A DNA stretch of 64,000 nt, taken from IMG/VR virus record IMGVR_UViG_3300025581_000001, positions 56,727-120,726 of that record, one strand, 5' to 3'. The translations under genes and the position numbers were made by a program. Below, piece after piece: positions 8,961 to 17,462 of the stretch. This DNA comes from a virus. Position 1 is the stretch's first letter; every line of letters starts with the position of its first letter. Below the pieces are notes generated by a model, which was not told the DNA's origin, did not search any database, and saw nothing but the letters and a program-made list of their open reading frames with translations.

Positions 8961-11372
8961 ATGAGCTTTCCTGCTACACTTCCCGGCTTTGTCGCCTTCG
9001 ATCCGGCTGGCTACACGCATAGCCAAGTTACCTGCATCAACACCAGTGGCGTGGCGGCTGGCAACTGTTCCGATAGCAGCTACAACTCTAAAGGCTTTGT
9101 GCGTGCTGCCGATGGGACGATCACAATCTTTGGCCCATCCACCTATGGCACCCAGCCCACCTGCATCAACGATGCTGGCGTGATTGGTGGGTACTACGTA
9201 GACAGCGGCGGTGCGCAGCGTCTATTCGTTATTGGTCCACCCTATGGTTCAGGCGACTTTACGTCGATTAGCCCCGCAGGGTGGGAGACGAGTGGCGATC
9301 CCAATACGATGGAGATCAGGGGGATTAATAGCAGCGGCACGGTGTGTGGCTTCTTCTATCTGCATTCAGGAGGAGGGGAACACGGTTTCGTTCTGGCACC
9401 GCCTTACACTGCCAGTCCGACCATTCTGAATGATCCAAGTGGCCATACCTATGTTTTCGGTATTAACGACAGCGGAATGGTTACAGGTCAGTCGACTCAT
9501 GGCCCGTCGAGCATGTATTCTCATGGTTTCGTCGCATCTTCACCTTACTCAAGTTTTACAGACTTTGATGTGACTGGTGGTTCTATTACTGGTTCCACTT
9601 GTGGCTATGCTATCAACAATTCTGGGGTGGTGGTAGGCGCTGGAGTCTATGGTTCCCCGTCTCTGCCTTGTTTTGTTCGTGCCGCCGACGGCACCATCAC
9701 CACCTTCGATCCTTCGGTGGGAGCGGGATACCAATGTTTAGGTTTATGCATAAATTCGTCTGGAGTGGTTGCTGGTGGTTGGCGTGGCACCCCGTGGAAG
9801 GGATTTATCGCTGTTGCGCCCTATGGTCCAACCAATATCACGGCTGTGCCTGACCCTCCAGGGACTTATGAGGGTACAGGTAATGGCACGGTAGTTTTTG
9901 CTATCAATGCAGGTGGAGTCCCGGCTGGGGACTACAGTACTGGTAGTTTCATATTTCACAGCTTCATCGGGTGGTATACACCCCCTCCGCCGTCTATTTC
10001 TGGCACCGCCAACGTCTACTTGCTGCCACTGTTTATCGGAGGGCTAGACGCTAGAGTGCAGCAGTTTGGTATTCGCTACATCAGTACGATGGGTGACTAC
10101 TCCGATCCGTTGCATGTGACAGTAACTACGCCACCGCCCGACCCACCGGAGTTAACTTTAGGGGCTAAGATGGCGACTCACGTTGTACTACAGTTGTCTC
10201 CAGCAAACTACGACACGGGGCCGTTCGCCAATCAAGCGCGCAAGGACATTCTGTCGACTACTCTTCAGTACTCGCATGATTCAGCTTTTGTTACTGGTGT
10301 ATTCTCTCTTTCAGCGGCAGGCAACATCACCGAGGCCAACTTTGTGGTGCCAGACTCTATTGCCGATTGGTACGTGCAGGGTCAGCGCGCCGATGGCTTT
10401 GGTAACGGTGGGTGGGGGCCGACGCTCACCGTGCCGTTGGTCAACATTATCGACAGTGGATTTATGCGTGGGCAGGGTTCGATTATCCCTGCGCTTGACA
10501 GCTTAGTTACTGCGCTATTCACGTATACCGCGACCTCGATTGGTGGAGGAGGCCCGAATACCGGCGAGATCGTAGTGATCTGGCCTACCTTTGAGATTGA
10601 ATACGCCGACACTTCCATGCAAGTGCTCGTCTCTGGCGGCCTGGACTCAGGAGCAACGCTTGCGGCTTCCGGTAGTGGGCCGACTAACTACAACTTGTTT
10701 CCCAAGGTAGCCCCGATAAATGGCTCACCTGTAGAATTCGATAATCCTAGCGGCGTTCCTGGTGGCTGGTGCATACCAGACAGCTCTGCCGATCTAGTCA
10801 CTGCCGCTGCCGATGTGCAAAGGGACGGTGAGGTCAGCTTAGGGGGTTCCGACCTGTCGTTCGTCGCTATCGTCCCGGCAGCTGGAGGTGGGGGAGGAGG
10901 TGGTGGCAGTGGGGGCGGCGGCGGCGGAGGTCACCAGTGCATCGTGTTCGGAGAGAAAGTTGTGGTCGCTGCACGTGGCGAGACTCCGGTCGAGTTACTG
11001 GCGGTGGGCGATCTGGTATTGGGGGCCGACCCAGAGACAGGACTAGAACAGTGGAACGCAGTCGAGAGCCTAGCCTTCGGCGAAGCAGATTGCGTAGCCC
11101 TGAGCATTAAAGAAGATAAGTGTGTTAAGCTTTCCAAGTCCGCCCTTTGTCCGGTACGTGACGACTTGGCCGTGGCGCATAAGCTTGTCCGAGCGGGAGT
11201 CGTTAATGGAAGGCATAGCATGTTCCGTCGTGGGGTTTCATACTGGCAGCAAGTTTCTGGCCTCGTTGACTTAGGGCCACTGCGGGTGGTGCAGGTCAAG
11301 TTGCGGCCTCGTCCTTGGATGTTGGTGAATGGAATACTGTTGCACAACTCGCTTAAGATACAGACCAACTGA
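8961..11372 (+). CDS. Tail tip/receptor-binding protein: 7 HAF-like repeats (beta-propeller), FN3-like region, poly-Gly linker, C-terminal Hint domain
   Basis: Seven xIN(S/D/N/T/A)xGxxxG repeats in the first ~335 aa; GGGGGGGGSGGGGGGG linker; then CIVFGEKV...VGDLVLG...LVNGILLHN-S. Confidence 0.75.
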   Translation: MSFPATLPGFVAFDPAGYTHSQVTCINTSGVAAGNCSDSSYNSKGFVRAADGTITIFGPSTYGTQPTCINDAGVIGGYYVDSGGAQRLFVIGPPYGSGDFTSISPAGWETSGDPNTMEIRGINSSGTVCGFFYLHSGGGEHGFVLAPPYTASPTILNDPSGHTYVFGINDSGMVTGQSTHGPSSMYSHGFVASSPYSSFTDFDVTGGSITGSTCGYAINNSGVVVGAGVYGSPSLPCFVRAADGTITTFDPSVGAGYQCLGLCINSSGVVAGGWRGTPWKGFIAVAPYGPTNITAVPDPPGTYEGTGNGTVVFAINAGGVPAGDYSTGSFIFHSFIGWYTPPPPSISGTANVYLLPLFIGGLDARVQQFGIRYISTMGDYSDPLHVTVTTPPPDPPELTLGAKMATHVVLQLSPANYDTGPFANQARKDILSTTLQYSHDSAFVTGVFSLSAAGNITEANFVVPDSIADWYVQGQRADGFGNGGWGPTLTVPLVNIIDSGFMRGQGSIIPALDSLVTALFTYTATSIGGGGPNTGEIVVIWPTFEIEYADTSMQVLVSGGLDSGATLAASGSGPTNYNLFPKVAPINGSPVEFDNPSGVPGGWCIPDSSADLVTAAADVQRDGEVSLGGSDLSFVAIVPAAGGGGGGGGSGGGGGGGHQCIVFGEKVVVAARGETPVELLAVGDLVLGADPETGLEQWNAVESLAFGEADCVALSIKEDKCVKLSKSALCPVRDDLAVAHKLVRAGVVNGRHSMFRRGVSYWQQVSGLVDLGPLRVVQVKLRPRPWMLVNGILLHNSLKIQTN
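10938..11348 (+). other. Hint (intein-like) domain, 137 aa, inside the tail tip protein
   Basis: Begins with Cys (tgc at 10938), has the block A pattern C....T.V..L.VGD.VL and ends His-Asn followed by Ser (11343-11351). No endonuclease domain. Confidence 0.8.
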
Positions 11373-11379
11373 GTGAACT

Positions 11380-11733
11380 ATGAAAATGCGATACTACGTC
11401 GAGCACCTGCCTGCACATTCCAATCCGCACGATCTTTCACAGCGGTCGCTGGTAGCTCCGCACTGCCATCAGCACCATTGGCTGCGAATCGACGAAGATA
11501 CAATCGTGGGCATCGGCCACTTCAGTAGTGCTGGCATGGTTAACGCTAAGGCAGCGTCGGGGATTACAGTGTTGCCACACCTGCACGACGCTACGCCGGT
11601 CAAGGCACTGCTGCCCGCCGACAAGCATGCCAAGCTCAAGTCTAAGCTTAATCTGAACGATGCCGATTCGACTTCCGACTTCATTGGCAAGCTGCTGGCA
11701 GCAGGCCATGCACAATTCGAACCTCCCATCTAA
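11380..11733 (+). CDS. Hypothetical His-rich protein
   Basis: 117 aa ORF continuing the tail operon with typical codon usage. Confidence 0.55.
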   Translation: MKMRYYVEHLPAHSNPHDLSQRSLVAPHCHQHHWLRIDEDTIVGIGHFSSAGMVNAKAASGITVLPHLHDATPVKALLPADKHAKLKSKLNLNDADSTSDFIGKLLAAGHAQFEPPI

Positions 11734-12048
11734 AAGAAACGTAAAGTATATGCATAACTAGCACCATTTGAAAATTATGTATGGCGTCGTTCCCGACTAG
11801 CATTAATGCGGCCTATGCGCTGCGCCCGCAAGAAATGCGCCTGCCAGCTAATTTAGACGTTGCTACCGATGCGCCGGTCATGTAGCATGTGAATCGTTCC
11901 CCAGATATTTGAAAGTTGCAGTCAACCGTAGATGGTTCCAGTTACTGTCGATGGCGGTGGTGGTCACCCCGGCCACAAGCAAGAAGTTAGTCTAGGGTGA
12001 AACTGGATGTCTTTACCGAAGGCGACGGGGTACTATATTTAAGCTCGC

Positions 12049-13497
12049 ATGAAAGTCCCGATCATCAACGTAAGTATCGAAGGCAAGTCGGCGTTCTTGG
12101 GCTTGGACGAGAAAACTTACCAAGCCCTGGAACCGCTCTACCGCTACCATCCACCGGGATACCAGTACAGCCCCAAGTTCAAGCTGTGGAAGCAAATCAT
12201 CGACGAAGGCCTCGACATCGAGGAGTTCGATCCGGCCAGCTACTGGGATGGCTGGGTGCGGATGCTCAAGGAGACCGGCTGGTGCCCGGCGCAGCTGTTC
12301 CGCGCATCACAGTCGATGGTCGAGAAGAAAGTTCCCTGCAAGTTCAAGATCATCAATGAGGACTGCAAGCCAGTGCTGTTCAAGGCGCTGGGCAAGCAGT
12401 CCGACCGCAGCTACCAGAACGAGTGTGTGAACAAGATGCTGGTCGCATCGGCGCACGGTGGTGGTTTGATACTTGCGGCAACCGGCAGTGGTAAAACCTA
12501 CACCTTAGCCGTCTACTTCAGCTACCTCGAAGGTAACGCGGTGTTCATCGTGGACGAGTTGGCCTTGATGAAGCAGGCGCAGATGGAGTTGGAGAAGGGG
12601 CTGAACGAGCCAGTCGGCATCATCGGCAACTCGCGCTTCGAGCCCCGCCGCATTACCGTAGCTACGGTGCAGAGTCTTTACAAGCACAGCAAGCGCGCCG
12701 ATTTCAGGAAGTGGCGCGACGGCATCGACGTGGCGGTTGTCGACGAGCTGCACAAGGCGCTCAACCGCCGCCACTTCTCGGTGGTGCGCAGCATACCGGC
12801 AGGCGCGGTGTTCGGGCTCACCGCCACCTTGCGGATGGGCAAGATGCACACCCGCATGCAGGCGTACGCGCTGTGTGGCCCGGTGGTGTTCCAATACCCC
12901 ATCGAGCAGGGCACGCAAGAAGGATTCCTCACGCGAGGCCGAGTCATCCAGGTTGAGCATCGCCAGTTACATGAATCCAGAAAGCGCGACCTGCGTGCAT
13001 ACCAGCTGGACTACGACTGGCTGATCGTGCAGTCGGAGAGCCGCAATGAACTCATCGCTGATATCGTCCGCCAGTTGATTGCTAAGGGCAAGTACGTAGT
13101 GGTGCTGGTGGAGCGCATCCACCACCTCAAGACCCTCTCCGACATGTTCCGCAAAATCCCGCACCGCGTCATCTTCGGCAAGGTCAAGGGAGAAGAAAGG
13201 CTAGACGCGGTGCGGGAGTTCGAACGCGACGACTTCCGGCTGATACTAGCGAACGTGGTGTTCAACAAGGGCATCGACATTAAGCGTCTGGACGCTATCG
13301 TCAATGGTGCAGCCAAGCGCAACCCCGACGATGCCCTGCAAGCGTACGGGCGCGGGGTGCGCCTGCACAAGGACAAGAAGATGCTGCTGTACTACGATGT
13401 GGCCGACAGGGGTAACCGCTTCGAGGCAGCAGCTAATGAGCGCAAGCGGGCGTTCGAGAAGGCAGGTATCGAAGTGCGAATCAGAAAGGTAGCGTAG
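12049..13497 (+). CDS. SF2 DNA helicase (UvsW/DEAD-like)
   Basis: Walker A ATGSGKT, DELH (motif II), TAT (III), QAYGRGVR (VI). Confidence 0.9.
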   Translation: MKVPIINVSIEGKSAFLGLDEKTYQALEPLYRYHPPGYQYSPKFKLWKQIIDEGLDIEEFDPASYWDGWVRMLKETGWCPAQLFRASQSMVEKKVPCKFKIINEDCKPVLFKALGKQSDRSYQNECVNKMLVASAHGGGLILAATGSGKTYTLAVYFSYLEGNAVFIVDELALMKQAQMELEKGLNEPVGIIGNSRFEPRRITVATVQSLYKHSKRADFRKWRDGIDVAVVDELHKALNRRHFSVVRSIPAGAVFGLTATLRMGKMHTRMQAYALCGPVVFQYPIEQGTQEGFLTRGRVIQVEHRQLHESRKRDLRAYQLDYDWLIVQSESRNELIADIVRQLIAKGKYVVVLVERIHHLKTLSDMFRKIPHRVIFGKVKGEERLDAVREFERDDFRLILANVVFNKGIDIKRLDAIVNGAAKRNPDDALQAYGRGVRLHKDKKMLLYYDVADRGNRFEAAANERKRAFEKAGIEVRIRKVA

Positions 13498-13501
13498 AAA
13501 A

Positions 13502-13714
13502 ATGCGAAAGGTACTAGACGTGAAGAAAGTCCGTAGGGCAGAGCATGTTATCGCTTTTTGCGGACGTACAATGCACGTGCTGAAGAGCCGCAGTCGGCTT
13601 CCAGACAAACTTGACAATTTCCCCATGCCCGAGCTGGTTATCGGTTACTTTCCACGGCCCAAACCACATACTGAAGTAATCGAATTTATTCCGTGCCTCA
13701 AAAAGGAGAAGTGA
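13502..13714 (+). CDS. Hypothetical protein
   Basis: 70 aa ORF immediately after the helicase. Confidence 0.45.
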   Translation: MRKVLDVKKVRRAEHVIAFCGRTMHVLKSRSRLPDKLDNFPMPELVIGYFPRPKPHTEVIEFIPCLKKEK

Positions 13715-13715
13715 T

Positions 13716-13883
13716 ATGGACTGGTGGTGCTCAACTTGCGGCGCTGTCGACTTGGACGTGCATGGGCGCTGCGCGTGCTGCGGCAGCGATAACGTAGCTC
13801 CGGTAGGCACGGTTAAGGTCATCGTAGGACGTGTGGAACGTCCTCGTGAAAAGACCGGAATCGAGCGCTATTATGAAGTATGA
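13716..13883 (+). CDS. Small zinc-ribbon protein (55 aa, not in ORF track)
   Basis: MDWWCSTCGAVDLDVHGRCACCGSDNV...; two CxxC motifs; AAGGAG RBS upstream. Confidence 0.6.
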   Translation: MDWWCSTCGAVDLDVHGRCACCGSDNVAPVGTVKVIVGRVERPREKTGIERYYEV

Positions 13884-14253
13884 AAAACGCGCTGCGGTGT
13901 ACCTAAATTGGCCCAAACGTAGCCAACCACCACCGCAGGGGCGTTCGCCGTTTGTAGCGCAACGTGGCACGAATTTCGCGCTATCCTGTGGCCTATCACT
14001 AGTGGCATTCGGGGCTGGATTCGGCTACTTAGCGGCGGGTTGGGTTCTGGCTGGCTTAAAAGCCACCGCGTTGCCATGCTGAGTGCACTCAAGAAAAGCG
14101 CTGTTCCTTCTACGTAGTAGAAGGAATGCAGACAGTAGTTAAGTCTACGTATTGTATACACATGTACAATTGTGATCTGTAGTCTGCAGATCATAGTAGG
14201 TAAAGAGCAAAGGTGTAAACTGCCGAAAACTACTTAAGAAGGAGAGAAAGCGA

Positions 14254-14469
14254 ATGGCAAAAACGAAAGTGAAAAAGGCAATGGTGGAGTTTCCTAACGA
14301 GGTTTTCGTGACTCGTGAGGACGATGATGATGATTCACTCTCAGTATGGACAAACGTGAAGCAAATCACCGAAGGCAAGATTGCCGTTTACCGGCTGCTG
14401 GAAGTGATTGGCAAACGAACTGTTGATGAGGTCAAGCGGAAAGGTTCAGATTGGGAGCGTGCCGAGTGA
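14254..14469 (+). CDS. Hypothetical protein
   Basis: AAGGAG RBS; first of a coupled chain of small ORFs. Confidence 0.6.
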   Translation: MAKTKVKKAMVEFPNEVFVTREDDDDDSLSVWTNVKQITEGKIAVYRLLEVIGKRTVDEVKRKGSDWERAE

Positions 14470-14693
14470 AGAAGGCTGAAAACCCGGAAGACTTGAAAGC
14501 TCGAATCGCCGCCGCACGCTTTCCTCAGCGGGTGGCTATGCGCTGGGTTCAGCTCGGCAACCGCAAGGCAGTCGAAGAGGTGACCTTCGAGCGGTACGCA
14601 GAAATGCATGACGACGAGTTGATCGCCATCTATGACATCGTGGGTGTCGGTGAGCGGCGCACCATGAAACTAAAAAAGGAGAAAGTGCAATGA
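14466..14693 (+). CDS. Hypothetical protein (weak paralog of the preceding gene)
   Basis: GTGA overlap; shares an FP..V...IA(V/I)Y....(I/V)G.R pattern with 14254-14469. Confidence 0.5.
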   Translation: MKKAENPEDLKARIAAARFPQRVAMRWVQLGNRKAVEEVTFERYAEMHDDELIAIYDIVGVGERRTMKLKKEKVQ

Positions 14694-14863
14694 GGAAGTA
14701 CGTGATAATCCAACAATCTGCTGACGACAGAGGAGTACACCAGCTGGAAGATGAAGTTAATACCGCTGTGGCACAAGGCTACAAGATGGCCGCTGCCTAC
14801 GGTCTTAGCATGAATATCCAAGCGGTGAATGTCGTCTGGATGGTCAAGGAGGATGCCAAATGA
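14690..14863 (+). CDS. Small hypothetical protein (57 aa, not in ORF track)
   Basis: ATGA overlaps at both ends; AAGGAG RBS; MRKYVIIQ...LEDEVNTAVAQGYK. Confidence 0.55.
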   Translation: MRKYVIIQQSADDRGVHQLEDEVNTAVAQGYKMAAAYGLSMNIQAVNVVWMVKEDAK

Positions 14864-15090
14864 AGAAAGTCGACTGTCAGGTGATTGGCCAGATTGCGGA
14901 GATGCTGCTGGACGGCGAGCCGGTGTTCCTGCTGCGGGCGCAGGATGTTGCTTCGGTGCCCACACTATTGCGCTACTTGGAAGAGTCGGCGAAGGCGGGT
15001 GGTACGAACCAGATTCGCTGCCACGCTCAGATGCAGCGCTTCAAGGCGTGGCAGCTGCAGCACAAGGACAGAGTGCGGGCGGCGGACTGA
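14860..15090 (+). CDS. Conserved phage hypothetical protein (EPVFLLRAQD motif)
   Basis: RBS AAGGAGG; motif DGEPVFLLRAQD recalled as common in phage proteins. Confidence 0.6.
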   Translation: MKKVDCQVIGQIAEMLLDGEPVFLLRAQDVASVPTLLRYLEESAKAGGTNQIRCHAQMQRFKAWQLQHKDRVRAAD

Positions 15091-15091
15091 T

Positions 15092-15370
15092 ATGAAAGAC
15101 GACCCATCAGCAAAGCGCTGTTACGACATCGTCAAGAAGTGGCAGAAGCGGCAGAAGGAACACGCCCGCACCTGGTCACACGATAAAGAGATGTCAATGC
15201 AGTTCTATCGCGAATCTCAAATGCTGGGATGGGTAGCTATGGACATTTACCGTAATCTGCTGTGCGAGAGCGCGGAAAGGTACAGGAATGCAAGGAAAGA
15301 AAAAAATAGAGCGCGAAGGACTGCCACGCAAGGCGAGGATAATCTTCTGCGGCGACCGCAATTGGACTGA
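15092..15370 (+). CDS. Hypothetical protein
   Basis: ATG 1 nt after the previous stop; overlaps the next gene. Confidence 0.45.
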   Translation: MKDDPSAKRCYDIVKKWQKRQKEHARTWSHDKEMSMQFYRESQMLGWVAMDIYRNLLCESAERYRNARKEKNRARRTATQGEDNLLRRPQLD

Positions 15371-15764
15371 TGGAGACTCGATAGTCCACGTGGTATCTGC
15401 ATTGCGCAGCAACCTCGGGCCATTTGTCATCATCGAGGGTGAAGCGCGAGGCGCAGACAAACTTTCACGCAAAGCGTGCTTTGTGGTGGATGGAGTCTCC
15501 TACATGCCTTTCCCTGCCCATTGGGACGAGTACGGACGGGCGGCGGGGCCGATACGCAACCGCCAGATGCTCGACAAGGGCTGGGCCGATGCGGTGGTTG
15601 CGTTCCACTTGAACCTCGACGAGTCGAAGGGCACCGCTGACATGGTAAGGGAAGCGCGCAAGCGTGGCCTGCCAGTGTGGGTGTGCACCGACGGGCCGGA
15701 TGCGCTGGCCGAGTTCATCATTCGAGTGCGAAGGCTGGTGAAAGACGGAGTGAATGCACAATGA
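15288..15764 (+). CDS. SLOG-family (DUF2493/YspA-like) protein
   Basis: IIFCGDRNW..., IIEGEARGAD, FPAHWDEYGRAAGPIRNRQML, SKGTADMV. Confidence 0.85.
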   Translation: MQGKKKIEREGLPRKARIIFCGDRNWTDGDSIVHVVSALRSNLGPFVIIEGEARGADKLSRKACFVVDGVSYMPFPAHWDEYGRAAGPIRNRQMLDKGWADAVVAFHLNLDESKGTADMVREARKRGLPVWVCTDGPDALAEFIIRVRRLVKDGVNAQ

Positions 15765-15925
15765 CGAAAGTAACTGAGCTGTGTCCTATCTGTCGCAAGC
15801 TGACAACGCCGCGCAGACAGACGACCATCGAGGACGGCATCAAGCACGTTGAGTTCTACTGTACGAGCTGCAACTCGTTCATCCGCGCCGAGCGCAGCGC
15901 GTCGACCAAGAGCAAGCATGACTGA
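15761..15925 (+). CDS. Small zinc-ribbon protein
   Basis: MTKVTELCPIC...FYCTSC; ATG overlaps the previous stop. Confidence 0.55.
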   Translation: MTKVTELCPICRKLTTPRRQTTIEDGIKHVEFYCTSCNSFIRAERSASTKSKHD

Positions 15926-16286
15926 GAAAGGTAAACGCATGAATAGTGTTGAGTTTAAGCAGAAGACTCTCGATATTTTGCGGGACGAATCAGCGGAGCC
16001 CGAAGACTGGTGGTACCTTTCGTTTGCGGATGATACCTTTCGCGAGGCTGTGATAGTGCGCGCCAAAGGTTTGCTCCACGCTGTGACAGCAGCAAATATG
16101 CTGGGCATCAATCCCGGTGGCGAAGTTGTCGGCGCTCCGATGACCGGCTTTACGGAATTGCCTGCGGAGGAGTTCCGCAACCGGCTGCTGACCCGCGAAG
16201 ATGTGCTGGCGATATGGCCGGATGCAAAGAGCGCTCGTGAATGGGATGAGGAAGAATCCAAATGCAACCCGACGCCAAGTACGTAA
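15918..16286 (+). CDS. Hypothetical protein
   Basis: WWYLSFAD...LGINPGGEV motif; operon position. Confidence 0.55.
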   Translation: MTEKGKRMNSVEFKQKTLDILRDESAEPEDWWYLSFADDTFREAVIVRAKGLLHAVTAANMLGINPGGEVVGAPMTGFTELPAEEFRNRLLTREDVLAIWPDAKSAREWDEEESKCNPTPST

Positions 16287-16858
16287 AGTGCAAGTTCCTG
16301 AATGCGGAGGTCGACCGCACCGAGCGTCGCATCACTCTGGTGAGGCGTCTGGTGGACGAGGCGCTGTTGGAGCAAGGGCGGCACCTGTATGCGCTGAAGC
16401 GGGCCGACGAGCTTCGTCTGCTGGTGCTGTTCAACTGGCGCGACAAGCACGGCGTCGGCGTGTTGTGGATGCTGCGCAAGCTGCTGCCCATCTGGCATCG
16501 CAAGTTCTCGCGGTTCAGGAAGAATGCAGCGCTGGGCTGTACGGTGCCAGTGCTGGTGGGCCGCAAGTCGGAGGAGATTATTCAGGAGTGCATAGCACGG
16601 GAGTTCCCAGCGGGTGAGAATCAGCGGGAGCAACGCGAGCGGCAACGGCAGCGCATCGAGCGTCTGTTCCTGCCACAGGGAAGCAAAATGCATGCACGCT
16701 ACAAGTCACCACTGGACGCTATCAACGTGGACGACTTCGTGGCGACTTACGAGAAGGAGCTGAAGCAATGGAGCCGATCAAGGTCAACGACCGCCGCCGT
16801 TTCGCAGGACTTGCGGACGCTGCAGCGGATGCCGTTTCGCGGAAACCCCTTTCGGTAG
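16262..16858 (+). CDS. Hypothetical protein (replication module)
   Basis: 198 aa ORF with typical codon usage upstream of the helicase. Confidence 0.55.
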   Translation: MQPDAKYVKCKFLNAEVDRTERRITLVRRLVDEALLEQGRHLYALKRADELRLLVLFNWRDKHGVGVLWMLRKLLPIWHRKFSRFRKNAALGCTVPVLVGRKSEEIIQECIAREFPAGENQREQRERQRQRIERLFLPQGSKMHARYKSPLDAINVDDFVATYEKELKQWSRSRSTTAAVSQDLRTLQRMPFRGNPFR

Positions 16859-17331
16859 AGGAAGAGGTAGAGGAAATCTTCTGTGATCTGGCAGAACGGT
16901 ACGAGCTGCCACCGGAGGATGTGGATGGTGCTAGGGCCAACATCCGCCAGCAGCTTCTGCAGCAGCGGGTGATGTACCGCGCCATGCTGCAGCGGGCACA
17001 GGCCGAGCTACAGCGAGTTAGCTTCAAGCAGCTGCGGGCTGCTGAGCTGAAGACGGTGGGCGGAGTGCGCAATAAGTTCATCCTGACCCTTGGCAAGTTT
17101 GTGTATGGGCGCGAGGAGACTTGGCTGTTCGAGGTGAACAATGCCGAGATGCTTGAGAAGGCGTTGCGCTTCTCGCGGATGAAGGACGCCAGCAACAAGG
17201 GGCTGCTGGTGCATAAGCAGCTCATGAAGACTTGCGAGTTCGACGAGGACGGCAAGGTCATCGCTGAATGGTGGAAAACTGGTATGGCTGATAATATCGC
17301 GCAGGAGCTGGCTGCGCTGGAGGTGGAATAG
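16768..17331 (+). CDS. Hypothetical protein
   Basis: AAGGAG RBS 8 nt upstream; 91-nt overlap with the previous ORF. Confidence 0.5.
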   Translation: MEPIKVNDRRRFAGLADAAADAVSRKPLSVEEEVEEIFCDLAERYELPPEDVDGARANIRQQLLQQRVMYRAMLQRAQAELQRVSFKQLRAAELKTVGGVRNKFILTLGKFVYGREETWLFEVNNAEMLEKALRFSRMKDASNKGLLVHKQLMKTCEFDEDGKVIAEWWKTGMADNIAQELAALEVE

Positions 17332-17336
17332 TGGTC

Positions 17337-17462
17337 ATGTTGAGAACAAGAATCCTGTGGTGGGGTTGGGATATGTGTCCAGAGTGGTTGCGACTATGGT
17401 GGCAGCGCAATGGTATTCAGTTGATTAAAGATTGGTATGCGCGGGACGGTAACCACGGATGA
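17337..17462 (+). CDS. Trp-rich micro-protein (41 aa, not in ORF track)
   Basis: GGAGGTGG RBS; fills the gap to the dnaB-like gene with an ATGA overlap. Confidence 0.4.
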   Translation: MLRTRILWWGWDMCPEWLRLWWQRNGIQLIKDWYARDGNHG

